In this document: in pieces, positions 50,727 to 64,000 of the stretch
How positions within the stretch are numbered: the first letter of the stretch is position 1
Layout of the letters: each line of letters starts with the position of its first letter
Source of the DNA: the human T2T-CHM13v2.0 reference genome, Homo sapiens
Assembly: GCF_009914755.1 (NCBI RefSeq)
Contig: NC_060940.1
Reading direction: 5' to 3' (one strand)
Length of the DNA stretch: 64,000 bases
Made by a program: the position numbers and the translations under genes
The notes under the pieces: generated by a model
The model's input: the letters and a program-made list of their open reading frames with translations, nothing else
Database searches by the model: none
Told to the model about the DNA's origin: nothing

Positions 50727-51919
50727 ATGCTAGCCTTTAATCGCAAATTTCACAAGCACAAGTGCCTGGTGCAGCCAGAACCACACCCAGATGTTATGCC
50801 TGGCTCCCTTCCATGTTAGGGTGAGGTGGGTGTCAGTGACCACCCAGTGACCCATGAGAAAGCAACCACTGATGGCCCAGCAGGACTGCTGAGACCCAGA
50901 TCAAACATCAACCTGGTGGGCTTCTGGGGGAGAGTAAACCAGTCCATTTACACTGTACACGGAGCCACCCAAACAAAAGCAAAGGAATTCCAAAGTCACA
51001 TTTGACATACCTTTCCTGCTTGAGTTAATTTTAAAGAAAAGATTTAATGTAAAACAAGAACAACCCAACAGTCCACAACAGAGTCACTATTGATTTCTAA
51101 GATAATTATTTCCTCTATTGTACACACTCTCACATAACATGGATTGGCTTTGCATATAAAGGTTTCTCTTTCATTTCTTACATAACATTGTGCTATGACT
51201 ATTATCCCTCATCATGAAATGTTTCTCAATTTTAATGGTTGAGAAGTAGGTCATTTCATAGATCTAACATAACTGATGAATTTTACATTGTTGGATTTGC
51301 AGGTGGATCTGAAACATATAATTTGATGAATATCTTGTCTGCATTGATCAAACACGTTTATTTTAGTATTTATAAGTTGAATTATGCATCAATTATCATG
51401 AGCATTTTCAAGGCTTCCTATGTTAATTGTTGAATGTCTTTCTGGGGAAGTTGTACCAATTTAGATTCCCTACAGCTGGGTGTTACAGTGTACATATCAC
51501 AGGACATTTGCACTCTACAATGGCTGGTGGTTGAGACAACAGACTTGGCTTTAAGCTATTTAGTCACAAGCAAACCTTTTAGGCCTGTGATGACTCTTCT
51601 CCTCCTAGCAGCGAGTTTTCCTCTCTTTGTTAGCTCTACCTTGTGTTCTATAGTTGGGGCTATAATATCTCAGGATCTGGCTGAAGGTTGGGACATTCTC
51701 TGATTATCCCTTCCTCTCTAAAGAGCACACTCTGTACAGTCTTTAAGAGTGAGTAGGCTCTGCTGAGCACAAATCAAGATGAAAGGCACAGGAAGTTCAT
51801 CTTGTTTGCACAGCTGGAAAAGGGGGCAAGAAGTTTCTAGAAATTGGTTAAATATGGGAACAGCACGTTCTGCAACTCTGGGAGTATTGAGAAAATTGTT
51901 GAAAAGGTTGGTCTGGGCC

Positions 51920-52140
51920 CTTTATTTAAGTTACCATTTGTTAAGCACATGTATTTTACTTCCTTAATTCTTACTGAATTAAGAATGATCACTTGGGCAA
52001 GTGACATTATTCTCAAAATAGATGAGAAATTAGAGTCAGAGAAGTTCAGCAAGTTCCTCCAGAGCAATTAACTAGTGAATGACCAGGCTGAGATTCAACC
52101 CCAAGGCTGACCCAATGATTGCCCTCTTTGTGCAACATTC
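51920..52140 (-). mobile_element. MIR
   Basis: attattctcaaaatagatgagaaattagagtcagagaagttcagcaagttcctcc…gctgagattcaacccca. Confidence 0.75.
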
Positions 52141-52254
52141 TCCTATCTGCTAAAGTACCTTTGGCTCCCAGCAAACTTATGTGGATATTGGACTTACCAA
52201 ACAGATATTTTCAATCCTTCTTATCTTGGCGCTGTTTTGAAATTACTTGTTTAT

Positions 52255-52562
52255 TTTTATGTATTTATTAATTTATTTTTTGAGATGGAGTCTCAGTCTG
52301 TCACATGGGCTTCAGTGCAGTAGTGTAATTTCAACTCACCACAACCTCCTCCTCCCAAGTTCAAGTGATTCTTCTACCTCAGCCTCCTGAATAGCTGGGA
52401 TTACAGGCACATGCCACCATGCCCAGCTATTTTTTGTATTTTTAGTAGAGACGGGGCTTCACCATATTGGCCAGGCTGGTCTGGAACTCCTGACCCCAAG
52501 TGATTCACCCACCCTGGCCTCCCAAAATGCTGGGATTACAGGCATGAGCCACTGCACCCTGC
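52255..52562 (-). mobile_element. AluS (Sz/Sx-like)
   Basis: Full antisense Alu with TSD ttactt(g/a)tttat. Confidence 0.95.
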
Positions 52563-52619
52563 TTACTTATTTATCGTTGATGCTCTCACTGAAGTGATTT
52601 AGTTTGTCCAACTCCTTTT

Positions 52620-52830
52620 GAAAACAATAATTGATAACTCGGCATTTGCACTCTTCCAGGTGCTTTTCCAAAGCTTTACCTCTTTCTTTGAAGTCATTTC
52701 ACCCAAAACAGCTCTACAAGGTTATTATTATCCCCATCTTACAAATGAGTAAGCACAGGCCCTGAGAAGTTAAGTAATTGGTCTATGACTGCACAGTGAC
52801 TGCATGACATAGTTAATTAAGTCTGTCACC
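52620..52830 (-). mobile_element. MIR
   Basis: attattatccccatcttacaaatgagtaagcacaggccctgagaagttaagtaatt. Confidence 0.75.
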
Positions 52831-53719
52831 AGATAACTACACACCCTTCTGCAGTGATGTTCCTGGTAGCACCTCACCATTGCAGATGACATGATGGAAC
52901 CCATGAGAGGCGCCTGCACTGCATGGATAGCATAGGAGCAGTAGGTGACACTCACAGGAAGGTGGTTGTTAGACCTGGGGCTTGAAGGTTATTGAATGTG
53001 AATGAAAAATCAGCTGCTGCTATATCACTTTGCACCTAAAATATATTCAAAATCATCAATTTAGGCGGTATTACACCATCTCTTATGTGCTGGATTTTAC
53101 AAGTCTGACCTTTAGTTACACACACTGGCTGCATGCCTGTGACCTACACTTGGCCCCTACTTGAGTGGGCGCGTGCTCAACATTAATGGCCTGAATGACT
53201 CCAACCGAGGAACGGCAGATGAATTTAAGCAGTCAACCATCCAACAAATAAATTTCTATTAATATTCACAGAACTTAGAGTGCAGTAGAGCAGAGAGTCA
53301 AATTGATGCTGGTTTTAATCTGGTGGTGAATACATTCCTATGCTTCTTGGTGGGAGGGAGTGAAGATAGTTCACTGACATAACCAAAAAACAGTGACGGT
53401 CTCATGCTCTGGTGTGGACACAGCCAAGTCTGTCTGCAATGGAGCCATCAGATAAAGAAAAAAAACATTTAAAATTCTTTAAGGACCATGATTATGTGAT
53501 TATGTCCATGTGGTTCTACAGCATCTGAAAAGAAAGTGAAAAACATGGTTATTTTTCCAGACATGTTCTCCTTGTTGAGCATATACGTGTTTCCGTATCT
53601 TCAGGCATTTGGCAACAAACAGTGAAAAAAAAAAACAAAAAAACAGGTGATATATTTCATGTTTCCTTTTACATCTACACATTTTTATGGCATATATCAA
53701 ATGGTATGCCATAGGAATC

Positions 53720-54150
53720 TATTTCTGGTTTGAATGGATAAACTAGCCCGTGTGAGTTTTGCTATACTCAACAGTCACACAGCTTCCATTAGAAGTGTGA
53801 CCTTGATAAAATTATTAACCCTCTCTGAGCTTTCATGTGAATGTCAGAGAGGCTGAAATGCTCTCCATTGCTGTTAAGTCTAATGAGGTAGCGTAGGTAA
53901 AGTCCTTACTAATATTGGGTGGTTTATATTGGCCATTTCATAACACACGCTATTCTAAGTTCTTTATGTGAATTTGCTCACTCATGTTATCCACAAAACA
54001 ACTGTATCCAGTTAGGAAATATCATTACACAAATGAGGAAACCGAGTTTCAGGGAGGTTAACACATCTGGCCTGTAAGTGACACAGCTGGGATTTGATCT
54101 AAGGTAATTTGACTCTGAAATCAATGTTATTAGCAATTATGCAATACTGC
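53720..54150. mobile_element. Two adjacent MIRs (+ ~53720-53910; - ~53920-54150)
   Basis: gtgtgaccttgataaaattattaaccctctctgagc (+) followed by acaaatgaggaaaccgagtttcagggaggttaa (-). Confidence 0.7.
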
Positions 54151-54614
54151 TTTTAATACATCAAAATTGATTTGTAAATGGCTACTATCTCATTATTGTT
54201 GGTTGCAGAGTTGACCATGTTCTCTTAACAAGCCAGTAACAATCAAAATACACACAAATGTGATCTCTAATGGTGGCCCAAGAGGTTTTAGACTTGTGAT
54301 TTAAACACATAATGTGCCTCAAGCAAGATTCACCTGGAAATGAGGGGAAATATCCAATAGAAATAGAGAACATGGGCTTTGGAGTCAGTCTATGAGTCTG
54401 AAGCCCATTTTGCCACTCAGTTAGCTGAGTGGCCCATGCAGGGGCTTATACTGCTTTTCTGCTTGTCACAGGGAATAATAAACACCACAAACATAACACA
54501 GTTGAAGCTCAAGAGATATTACTAATTGTAATGGGAGGATCACAGTAGTGGTTGTAATAGTAGTAAGAAGAGCTATAGTTGCAATTGAAATCATAGTAGT
54601 AGTAGAAAAGTAAA

Positions 54615-55011
54615 TGTATTCATTATGTGGGAATTCTATAACAATGCGCCACAGACTATGTGGCTTAAACAATGGAAATTTATTTTATCCAAAAAGTCTG
54701 GAAGCTGAATGTCCAACATTAAAGTGTCTGCAGGGTTCATTTATTTTGAGCCCTCTCTTCCTGGTTTATTGATGGCCATCTTCTCCCTGTGTCTGCACAT
54801 GGTCTTTCCTCTTTGCATATCTATCCTTATTTCCTTTTTTTTTTTTTTAACAAGGACACCAGTCATATTGGTTTAGGGACCACCCTATTGACTTCATTTT
54901 AGCTTAATTTCATTTTTAAGACCTTATTTCCAAATAGTAGTAACATTCTGAGGGGCTGGGAGTTAGAACAACATATGAGTTTAGGGGGCGGAAACAGTTC
55001 ACCTCTTAATA
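54615..55011 (-). mobile_element. MLT1A/B-like solo LTR
   Basis: tgtattcatt…ggcttaaacaatggaaatttattt…aaggacaccagtcatattggtttaggg…aacagttcacctcttaata. Confidence 0.9.
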
Positions 55012-55200
55012 TTAGGCCTTCCACATAAGAATTTCCCATGGGTCAGGAATCCTTTAGAATACTTCACGTGGAATTTAGGACAGTCAATTTCAGAAGTAAT
55101 GACCTGTGCAATGGTTTGAGCAAGGCACTGGACTTGTGGCCTGCCACCAAGAGAGTATCACCTCTTTAGTATGAATGCTAAAAAAATCCATAAGGGATTG

Positions 55201-55202
<2 letters not shown>

Positions 55203-55247
<45 letters not shown>

Positions 55248-55257
55248 GTGTTGTGTT
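55203..55257. repeat. (GT)22 microsatellite plus (TGTGT)n
   Basis: Pure GT run at 55203-55246, at the tail end of an AluJ. Confidence 0.97.
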
Positions 55258-55577
55258 CATTTTAGAGACAGGATCTCCCTCTGTCACCTAAGCTGGAATG
55301 CAGTGGCATGATCACAGCTCACTGCAGCCTCCAACTTCTAGGCTCATGCGATTCTCTTGCCTCAATCTCCTGAGTAGCAGAGACCACAGACCACAGACAC
55401 ACCCCACCATGCCTGGCTAATTTTCTTTTCTTTTCTTTTTCTTTTTTCTTTTTTTTTTGTAGACACAGGGTCTCACCATGTTCCCTAGGTTGGTCTTGAA
55501 CTCCTGGCCTCAAGTGATCCTCCCACCTTGGCCTCCCAAATTGCTGGGATTACAGGCATAAGTCACCATGCCCAGGC
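55258..55577 (-). mobile_element. AluJ
   Basis: J diagnostics atcacagctcactgcagcctcc and gtgatcctcccacc; expanded central T-rich linker. Confidence 0.95.
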
Positions 55578-55899
55578 AGTGTGTGTTTTAAAAATGGTGG
55601 GGATGAGGGGATCCTGGTTTTTTAATGGGTGGAGATGAGGGTTTCCATGAAAGAACAGTCCTGTTCAAAAAACCTATCCTGCATTCCATATGACTTTTTA
55701 GAGTCTATCAGGAAGACAGGTAGACTAGAAACTCTTTAAAATCATAGGTACTTAGATTTGCGTTCATTTTAGATATGAACGTGAGGAAATTATTTCATCG
55801 TTTGAAAATTTTTGAAATTTCCAGGAATACAACTTCAGTGTAAATTAGGAAACACTAGATTTTTTAAACTTTTGCCAAAAGTTGTTTAGCTTTTGGAAA

Positions 55900-56267
55900 A
55901 ATCATAGTTACAGAAATATCCCTATTTATGTTTATGCTTCCATTACAGTACATCTGTTTGTCTATATTTTAGGCAGTCTCATTTTTCATGATTTTTTATA
56001 TGGATGTAGGTATCTTGCTACTTCATTATATCTTCTTATAATGTCATGTCAGAATTCTTAACTTATGGGAAGTAGTTATCATTTTATTATACTCTATTTT
56101 CTTTAATTTCTTTTCTGCATTACAATCAGGGCATTGCATTGATTTTTAAAATTATGGATGTAGATAACTTATATTATCATGGGTTTTATTTCAGGATAAT
56201 AAAGGAAATGTTTCAAAATACTTGTTGTAAAAGAAGGCATTGAATCAATAGAATTCCCAACAACTAC
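55900..56267. mobile_element. hAT-Charlie fragment (MER113-like)
   Basis: attgatttttaaaattatggatgtagataacttatattatc…tttcaggataataaagg…tttcaaaatacttgttgtaaaag. Confidence 0.5.
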
Positions 56268-56329
56268 AGTCATCAGTACTCCCGGGATTAGAAAGGCTAC
56301 ATGTGACTAAAGAGTCAAATGTTGGACCA

Positions 56330-56480
56330 GTGGAATTGAATCCAAGCCATCGAAAGCCAGAAAGGGAAACTGAGTCTAAGAGAAGACAGACAATTTGCGA
56401 AGGTTACAGAGCCAGAATCATAAGTCAGACTGCATTGTAGAAATATATACCATATTAGAAACTTAAGTCCAGACAAGCTT
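56330..56480 (-). mobile_element. MIR
   Basis: gggaaactgagtctaagagaag…atttgcgaaggttacagag. Confidence 0.65.
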
Positions 56481-57189
56481 TCCCCACACTGGCTTTCACA
56501 GGGATGCAATCCAAACCATGGACAAAAACAGAAGGAGCTTTGGGTTTGTGGAGGGAAAGCAGAGTTTACATGCAAAGTTTGAACACTGTAATATGTCTCT
56601 TCTATTAGTTTCCTTCTGGGGGATAGTGGTTTTGTTTGTTCATAGTCCTAAATTAATTTTTCAAGTTTGTTCTTTCAGTTTAGAGTCTACAAAGGAAGAA
56701 GATGAAACACAATAATTAGCTTGTTGCCCTGCAATTATTAAAAGGCTACAGTGGCAGTCTCCACAGGAATCTCCCCCTTGGGTAACATTCTTGGAAGAAA
56801 ATCTTACCTTATACTTAGCTTTGCATTCACTTATTTCATGGAAAGTTACATGCCTCTCCAAAAACATCCCTCCCTTAGTTTTAAATGTATGAACTGTGTC
56901 TCTTAGCTTCACAACAATCACCATGATTCAGATAAATATCTTGGTAAATTAAAGCCATTGACTGGCAAAACAAATGCCAACAAAATCTGCAATGATCCTT
57001 GCACACATCAGTGGCAAAATCTAGAGTCCTTAGAATAACATTTGCATTTTTCCCTGTGATATTATTTCTCCATTTGGAAATCAGCTTCGTCTCCCATCCT
57101 CTCTCCTCCAAACAGTGCCCAGTTCAGCCACACAAACTGCAGGCTATCCATTTCTTAGCATGTCTTGTTATCCAAATGATTTCCAGCAT

Positions 57190-57480
57190 TTGGTTGTTCT
57201 AGTCAACTTGGTGAATGTACACTCAATATTGAAGACCCAGCTCAAGTGAGAAGCATTTCTGTTTCATCAGCTTTGACCTCTTTTCCTCATGTTCCAGTGT
57301 TTTTCTCACCATAAAACTTGTCAACTTAGAGTGTCATTATTAGTGACCCCATTTCTGGGGATCCCCATCCAATCAGACAATGAGTTCTTAAAAAAAATAC
57401 CTTTTATTATTTATCATGTATTCCCAGAGACTAATATGGCACCTGGGACATTGCTGCTTAGTAATGTTCAATGAGAAGAA
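57190..57480 (+). mobile_element. L2 3' end
   Basis: aagacccagctcaagtg…tgtattcccagagactaatatggcacctgggacattg…gtaatgttcaatga. Confidence 0.65.
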
Positions 57481-58299
57481 AAGCTGAGGAGTACAGAGTA
57501 GAGAGAATTTGGTCTCCTTCTATTTCAACAGTGGTTGAAGTATTTTCTTATTTTAGTTGCCCCCTTTCAGGTTGAGCCTCCTTATCCTTCCATAGCCAAG
57601 AGCCCACATCTTATTAAATACACCATAAATGAGTTGACATCTCTCTATTTACTTATATGTAATTTCAGGCATGATTTCACACTGATGAAATCATGTGATC
57701 TCTCTTTCTCTCTCTTATGAATTCAGCACTAAGAGTGAAAGGAGAGAAGTGAAGAACTGAGAAAAATTAATCAGAATTGCTTGTAGAATCTTAAAAAGGG
57801 GCTTTGAGTGAAAGTAGTTTCCTCAAAATTATAAGCTGGTAAATCAACCCTGTTGGAAGTAGAGATCTTTGAATCTTTGGCAGAAGCCTGAGATAGAAGC
57901 CTTCTGGTGAGGCCATCGGTGTGTTACCGATGGCTACGGTGGGGGAGTGGTCAGCCGTCTTCCTGCTGAACTTACCAAAGCATCTGGGGTAGCTAAGGAG
58001 ACACCCCCTCCTCAAGCACAGGTCACAAGACAAGGACATGATGCAAACTTTCTAGAAAGTAACTTCTGAGTGTATAGAAAATTTTGTTAATAAAGATGTA
58101 GAGATGTTCATTCTAGAATTATTGAAATTGGGAAACTAATGAAGAAACTAAATATGTAATAATAGAGATAAACAAATAAATTATAGGACATCTACATGAT
58201 GAAATACTGTGGAAATACTAAATACTGCATTTATTAATTCAAAATAATACTACTAATAATTACCAAAAACAAAAGCCACAGCTAGACAAGTTTTGAAGA

Positions 58300-58490
58300 G
58301 GAACAGTTTTATCCTTTTACCATGCTTATGTTGTAGTTACTATCATCCCTATTTTACAGACAGGGAATCTAGGCTAAAAGAACAAGTAAAGTCTTGTTTA
58401 CATCACATCACTGCTAATAAAAGCTGGGACTTCAAGTCAGATGTGCCAAACTTAAAAGTTCATGTTCTTTCCAGTATATATAATAGCTTA
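58300..58490 (-). mobile_element. MIR
   Basis: ctatcatccctattttacagacagggaatctaggct…gctgggacttcaagtcagatgtgcc. Confidence 0.75.
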
Positions 58491-58648
58491 TGAATACTTT
58501 TAGGGACATAAGAAAATGCTCAGGCTAGAGTGTTACATAACAAAGGTGAAAATAGATGCATGCATTGTATCAAGACCTTGAAGGGAAAATAGAAAAAGAT
58601 GGAAGAGGAAGAGGAATTGGAGCAGGAGAAGAAGAAGGAAAAAAATGA

Positions 58649-59056
<408 letters not shown>

Positions 59057-61751
59057 TAACACAGATATTGAAATAATATAGGAAAAGAGAATATTCTAGT
59101 TTTATTACAGGTACAAAATTTGAAGGAATCTATCTTTCGTTTCCAGGAGAACCCTGGTACACCTATTAAGCAAAACTAGGCAAGAAGCCTTCTTCTCAGA
59201 AAGAAACTTTAATATTGCCTTTTTCCCCCCAGCATGTCTTGCTGCATTTATAACATTATTGGACAAAATAAAACAGAGTGGTGGGTCAGAAGGATTGGGT
59301 GGACAATGTGACAAATAATTGAATCTGGTTGAAGAGAGTTGCAACAAAGAAAACACATTTGGTATGGTGATTAGAAAGGTATTGGCAGCACCTGCCAAAG
59401 TCAGTGGGCTATCAGGGGCCAGAGCCAGACCACAGGGTGTGAAATGAGACAGAGAAACGGGGAAAATGTCAGCAGGCACATGCCGCTTTCAATAAATGGT
59501 AGAGTAATAGCATGTCAATTAAAGTGTGCCCAAGTTTATATGAAGGTTGTCCATTGCAATTAAACAATCATTTCAAGTTTCTCAACTGCAAATATTCATA
59601 CACATTTGACTGGTGGTAGAAATTGGTGTCAGTGGGTTCTAAGGAAAGGGCTAAGACTGAACCATTTTGGATTGTCATCTTAATACCCTGCTAATTTCTA
59701 GATAGAGTTGAGTTTTTTTTTTTCTTTTTTTTCTTTTTTCTTTTTTTAGTTGTTCAATGGCTTTATCTTAAAAATGGGGCTGTCAGTGCCACACAGGAGA
59801 TGTGGTATGGATTAACTACTGATCTGAATACTTGTGAACTAAATAATCTTGCTCCAGGTAGCTTTCTAAGAAAATAATACTACAAGAAAAGCAATTGCAA
59901 TTAGCTCAGCCTGCCCTTGGAGAATTTAATGAAGAGAAGAAACCTGGGGAGAAAATAGCACTTTTTAGAGAAAACTTGGCTATCTCATTTCTGCTGGCCT
60001 CCCCATCCTTACTTGTCTAAGCTGGATCCATTTTTCTCCTGCACCCAGCAAAGCTTGCCAGTCTGCTTTTTTTCTTTTTACCTTAAGTGGCAGCCTCCAG
60101 TTTAACTTATTGGTGTTCTCAAGTGAGACTTCAACAGAACTGAGCCATTTAAGGGTTTGCCCTCATCTCATTATAAATTAGTTTTGAATATCTCTCAGTA
60201 TGCACAACATTCCTCAGCTATCCAAGTTAGAACTCCTTATTAGGCTAGGAAGAATTTGCGTTTTAATGAGTTTTACCTCTGGTGTATGAAGCCCACTGAG
60301 ATTACTACACTTAGTAAAATTTAATTAACTTGACAAAAGATCCTAATTGTTTTCGTGCCACTGGTCCTTTGCAAGGCTAAAAATAATGCCCTCCAAATTA
60401 AGTGGACACCACAAAGCTTCATTTTCACTGTCCTATTTTTTTTTTAAATTGTAATTCACATGAAGTTTTTATTTTTCAGACATTGGTGCAGTCTGTTGCT
60501 AAGGCAGAGATTTACGAACCCTTGAAGAAAGGATATCTGGGGGTGAGAATGAGTGGGAAGGGAGCAGGGAATAGACACCTCCTCTCACCTTCATTCTTGT
60601 GGAACGCTTTGTGGAAATGAGATGAAGAACATATTGATTTGTTCAATTCCGCACAGACTCAAGCAGACATAATATATCATGTGAATTAATAATGAAAGTT
60701 TATAAGTAAAAAATGCTGAATGAATGAACACCCATCCATTCATTCATTCATGTATCATCTATTTACTCTTTTAATGTGCATTTCTGGAAGATTGTTTTAT
60801 TGTGTCAAGTGCTCACAATGGAAATACTCAATCTTTAAAAGCTTCAGTCCTTTGCAATGTCAATCCCAATGTATAGCTTTCCTTTCCCCTGCTCATTCTG
60901 GCTGACATTATATAGCCTTCAAGACCAGCACATTTCTTATTCATTCTTTTGTGATTCTAAACTCCTTTGTCTTCCTATTCCAATAATTCTAACTGCATTG
61001 GAAAAAAGTATCTTGACATAGTGTGTTGCGGCTGCTGATGGCTTTCATTGGTTTGTTTGTGGTGCTGTAGCAAAAACAGGTTTTCACCTTGACACTGACC
61101 TTATACAAGGAAATCTTCTTTGTGTTTCAATCTCTTCTTTAAATTAAAAAAATATGTAATCGCCTCTCTCTAGTGGAAGTTGCTGAAGGATTGAATGAGA
61201 CAGTAAAATTAAGCAATGGAGGGAGTCTGACATGGAGTTGATACTCAGAACTCTATTATGTGTATCGCTTCTAAGAGTCACATCACTTCCCTCCACCTTG
61301 AGTCTATCAAGCCTAATTCTGTTACCTCCTTCCCTGAGCCACCACATAATTTGAAAATGCACAAGTCTATCAATCACTAAACCCAGCTGACTTATGGCAT
61401 ATTTTTTGACTCAAGGATATCATTGCAATCATTATTATTCCTTGTGTTATGAACATAAGACTAGGCATCCAGCAGAAGCTGTTATCTATTATTTGGATTT
61501 TTTTTTTTTAAGGCTGATAATGAGGATAGGCTGCAACATTTCGAAAGGTCCCACTTCCACTTAATTACAGAACTGGGCCACTCTACTTCATGGTGGAATA
61601 TTGTAGATACGCCTAGAGCCTTACTTTATTTTCTCTCTGTCTATTCTTTTACCCCCATTAATTAAGGAAGACTCTGCAAAAGTTGTTTTTCACTCCACTG
61701 CTCACCGTTGTGAACTGCGGAGAAGAGTCTTTCCCCCATTTCTAAAATGGT

Positions 61752-62350
61752 CTAGTAGTCTCCTTCTCATGTCCTATTTTGTCATGTTTCCCCATTCCAG
61801 ACATTTCACTAGGAACCTGCCCCTCCTCCACATAATGTGGTTCTACACAGGCTGTGAATCACAGTGTTCTGTCCCACTAAGGGTGGGCAAGTGATCCAGG
61901 TCAGGTCACTCAGGGTACGCCACCCCTCTGGCCACAGTGACTGCACAATGATGAGTCTGTCACCAACCTAGACTAGATACCTTCTCTGGATTGTGTGTAG
62001 GCTAAGTAAGTTTTCTATCTATTTCATGCTCAGAGAGTTAAGCTAATGGAAGCCTAGAGCTGGATATGCCTGTGCCTCTTTCTGCTAGCTACATGGAGGA
62101 TGCCTCACTATAGGAAGACAGGCCAAGGACAACCTATTGAGAGAAGCAGAACTAAGACATGGGAAAGGGAAAGAAAGGAGAAGGAAGAGGGAAGTAGATG
62201 GAAAGAGAGGGACATGATATTCTTGAAGTCAATGTAGACATTTGGTTCCAAACTCAGGCTTTCTAATTATGTGAAAAAGTAAATACCTGTTTCCCACTTG
62301 GATTAGTTAAAAACAGATTTCTTCTTGCCTTCTTTCAAATTCTTGACATC
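61752..62350 (+). mobile_element. MLT1 (K-like) solo LTR
   Basis: aggaacctgcccctcctcca…gggtgggcaagtgatccaggtc…ctggccacagtgactg…gagaagcagaactaagaca. Confidence 0.75.
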
Positions 62351-62886
62351 TGTTCAGTAATAGCATGCCCAGCTCCAAGGATCAGGGCTACTATCAGTGT
62401 GCAGTTTTGAGAGACTATAGGTGAAAAAAACGTGAGGGTCCATGAATGGTGCTGGCCTTCACCCCTGCCTCCAGTCCACATACATCCTTAGCATACCAGG
62501 AAGGACATTGTTTCAGGAGTCCAGTGCGTACTCACTGATGAATTCTGATGAGGTCAGCCACAGAGGATCTCAGCACCTTTTAGCTCTGAGATCTTTACTA
62601 ATTCAAAGGACAGCCAGAAACAACTGAACCTTTTCCAAGCCAGCGGACCCCACAAGTCAGATTCACAGCTCAGAAATGGGCTTCTTTCTCCAGAGGTGGG
62701 TAGGCCTTCTTGGCAATTTCCCCTCCACAATCTGAGAATGAATTTTGAGCCATTTTTTAAATGGAATGAAGTAATATTTGTTATTCAAATACCACATATT
62801 TCTAAGGCCAATCATTATCATCATGTGAAATGTGACAAGCATGTATTTTAGCACTGGGGGGAGAAATATGTATGTGATTGATCCCT

Positions 62887-62926
62887 ATATCCATATCCAT
62901 ATCCATATTCATATTCATATTTATAT
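62887..62926. repeat. Hexamer microsatellite (ATATCC)3(ATATTC)2ATATTT
   Basis: Read directly from the sequence. Confidence 0.9.
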
Positions 62927-64000
62927 CATCTCCCCTTTTTGTTCTAAACTTTGGGGATCATCTCTACAATACTTACATTATTGCAGAAAATTAATCATCC
63001 ACAAGCCTTGTTTAATTTGTCCACAGATACTCTCATTCAACACACCATTAATGTTCACCAACTATGTGCTGACACAGGTGCCACGAAAACAAGGATCCGT
63101 GAGAAACAGTGCTCACACTTATAGTGTGCATAACATGTTCACTACTTCATAGTCACTCTATCAGTTTATATTGTTTTTCTGTCCTCAAAACCCTCTGTTT
63201 CCTGGTGTACATTGTTCCAATCCTATATAAACTTCACTATCTATGACATCATCTCTGATATACCTACTGTGGAACTGGTGTTTTCTTTTTTCTTCTAAAC
63301 TCTTATAGCCTATTAGCTATATCTCTCTTTTGAAATATAATACTTTTGGTCATTTGGTAGTTATTTATGTTCATGTCATCTCTGCAAATCAGAGGTTCTA
63401 CCATATACATATATACATATGTGCATAATGTACATAATGTGTACGTTTGTGTATGCACATCCTGTAGTACCTATTATAGACACTGTGCTTAGTACTGAGT
63501 ATGACACACTGTTGGTGTTTAAAAAAATTAAAAAGGTTTTTAATGACTGTGTAAATAACTGACTCAAATTCCCCTGGAGCGTGGGATCCTTTCCAGTAAG
63601 AATTGTGCATTAGAGACAGTGATTGTCTGAGATTGTTGCATTTCCCAACAAAAATGCTGAGGTCTGTTTATACTGGATAGAATGAATTGCTTCCTTGTGA
63701 CTCAAGCATCTGTTTGAGAGGTTACATTACAAGTTCCTGTAATGACCACCACAAAAGATGGTATTGATCTCTGAAACTGGCAGATACATGTCCTATGGAT
63801 GGAATATTCATTTATGAAAATTGGAAGAATCGATAGCTCAAAGGTCATCAAGAATGATGACACACTGTAATTTCGATATATGGCCTGACACAAGTTAATG
63901 AAAAGGGAAAGGGCTCATTTGTCACATCTGGGTGATAAATCTTCTGTGTGCCTCTTTATTGAACATAAAGCCATGCAAGCTGTCAGCAACTGTGATCTGG

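Noticed and set aside
57930-57950. CTCF site
   Set aside because: Poor match to the CCASYAGRKGGC core.
63770-63782. 13-bp reverse-complement match (ggtattgatctct) to the hairpin arm at 24520-24532
   Set aside because: Dozens of 13-mer coincidences are expected by chance in 64 kb.

Overview
This is AT-rich primate (human-like) non-coding DNA, either intergenic or deep intronic. I find no supportable protein-coding exon, rRNA, tRNA, CRISPR array or CpG island. The ORF track is explained by Alu, L1, ERV and microsatellite sequence plus chance short ORFs. The window is a nested record of transposable elements. It holds a two-LTR THE1 (MaLR) element with a perfect GCAGC target-site duplication inside an old L1M, and a near full-length but heavily decayed ERV-L provirus with LTR16-type LTRs (minus strand, ~6.5-12.4 kb) in which gag, protease, RT, RNase H, integrase and dUTPase relics are readable. 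It also holds a second, internally deleted ERV-L with a tRNA-Leu primer-binding site, several solo LTRs (MER93-like, LTR41-like, MLT1), 15 AluS/AluJ copies, and L1M/L1PB, L2, MIR and hAT fragments. The most interesting observations are: (1) the THE1 3' LTR keeps a DUX4 site, TATA box and a GTAAGT donor but has lost its polyA signal, while the 5' LTR shows the opposite decay; (2) a piece of the ERV-L's own LTR sits inside its RT domain, beside an ancient 54-bp in-frame duplication; (3) an old L1MA has a twin-priming 5' inversion; (4) an AT-rich 16/32-bp higher-order minisatellite; (5) a pre-miRNA-like hairpin in apparently unique DNA. I cannot support a new multi-gene biological system. Subfamily names come from recalled consensus sequences and need RepeatMasker/Dfam confirmation, and the boundaries of old elements are approximate.
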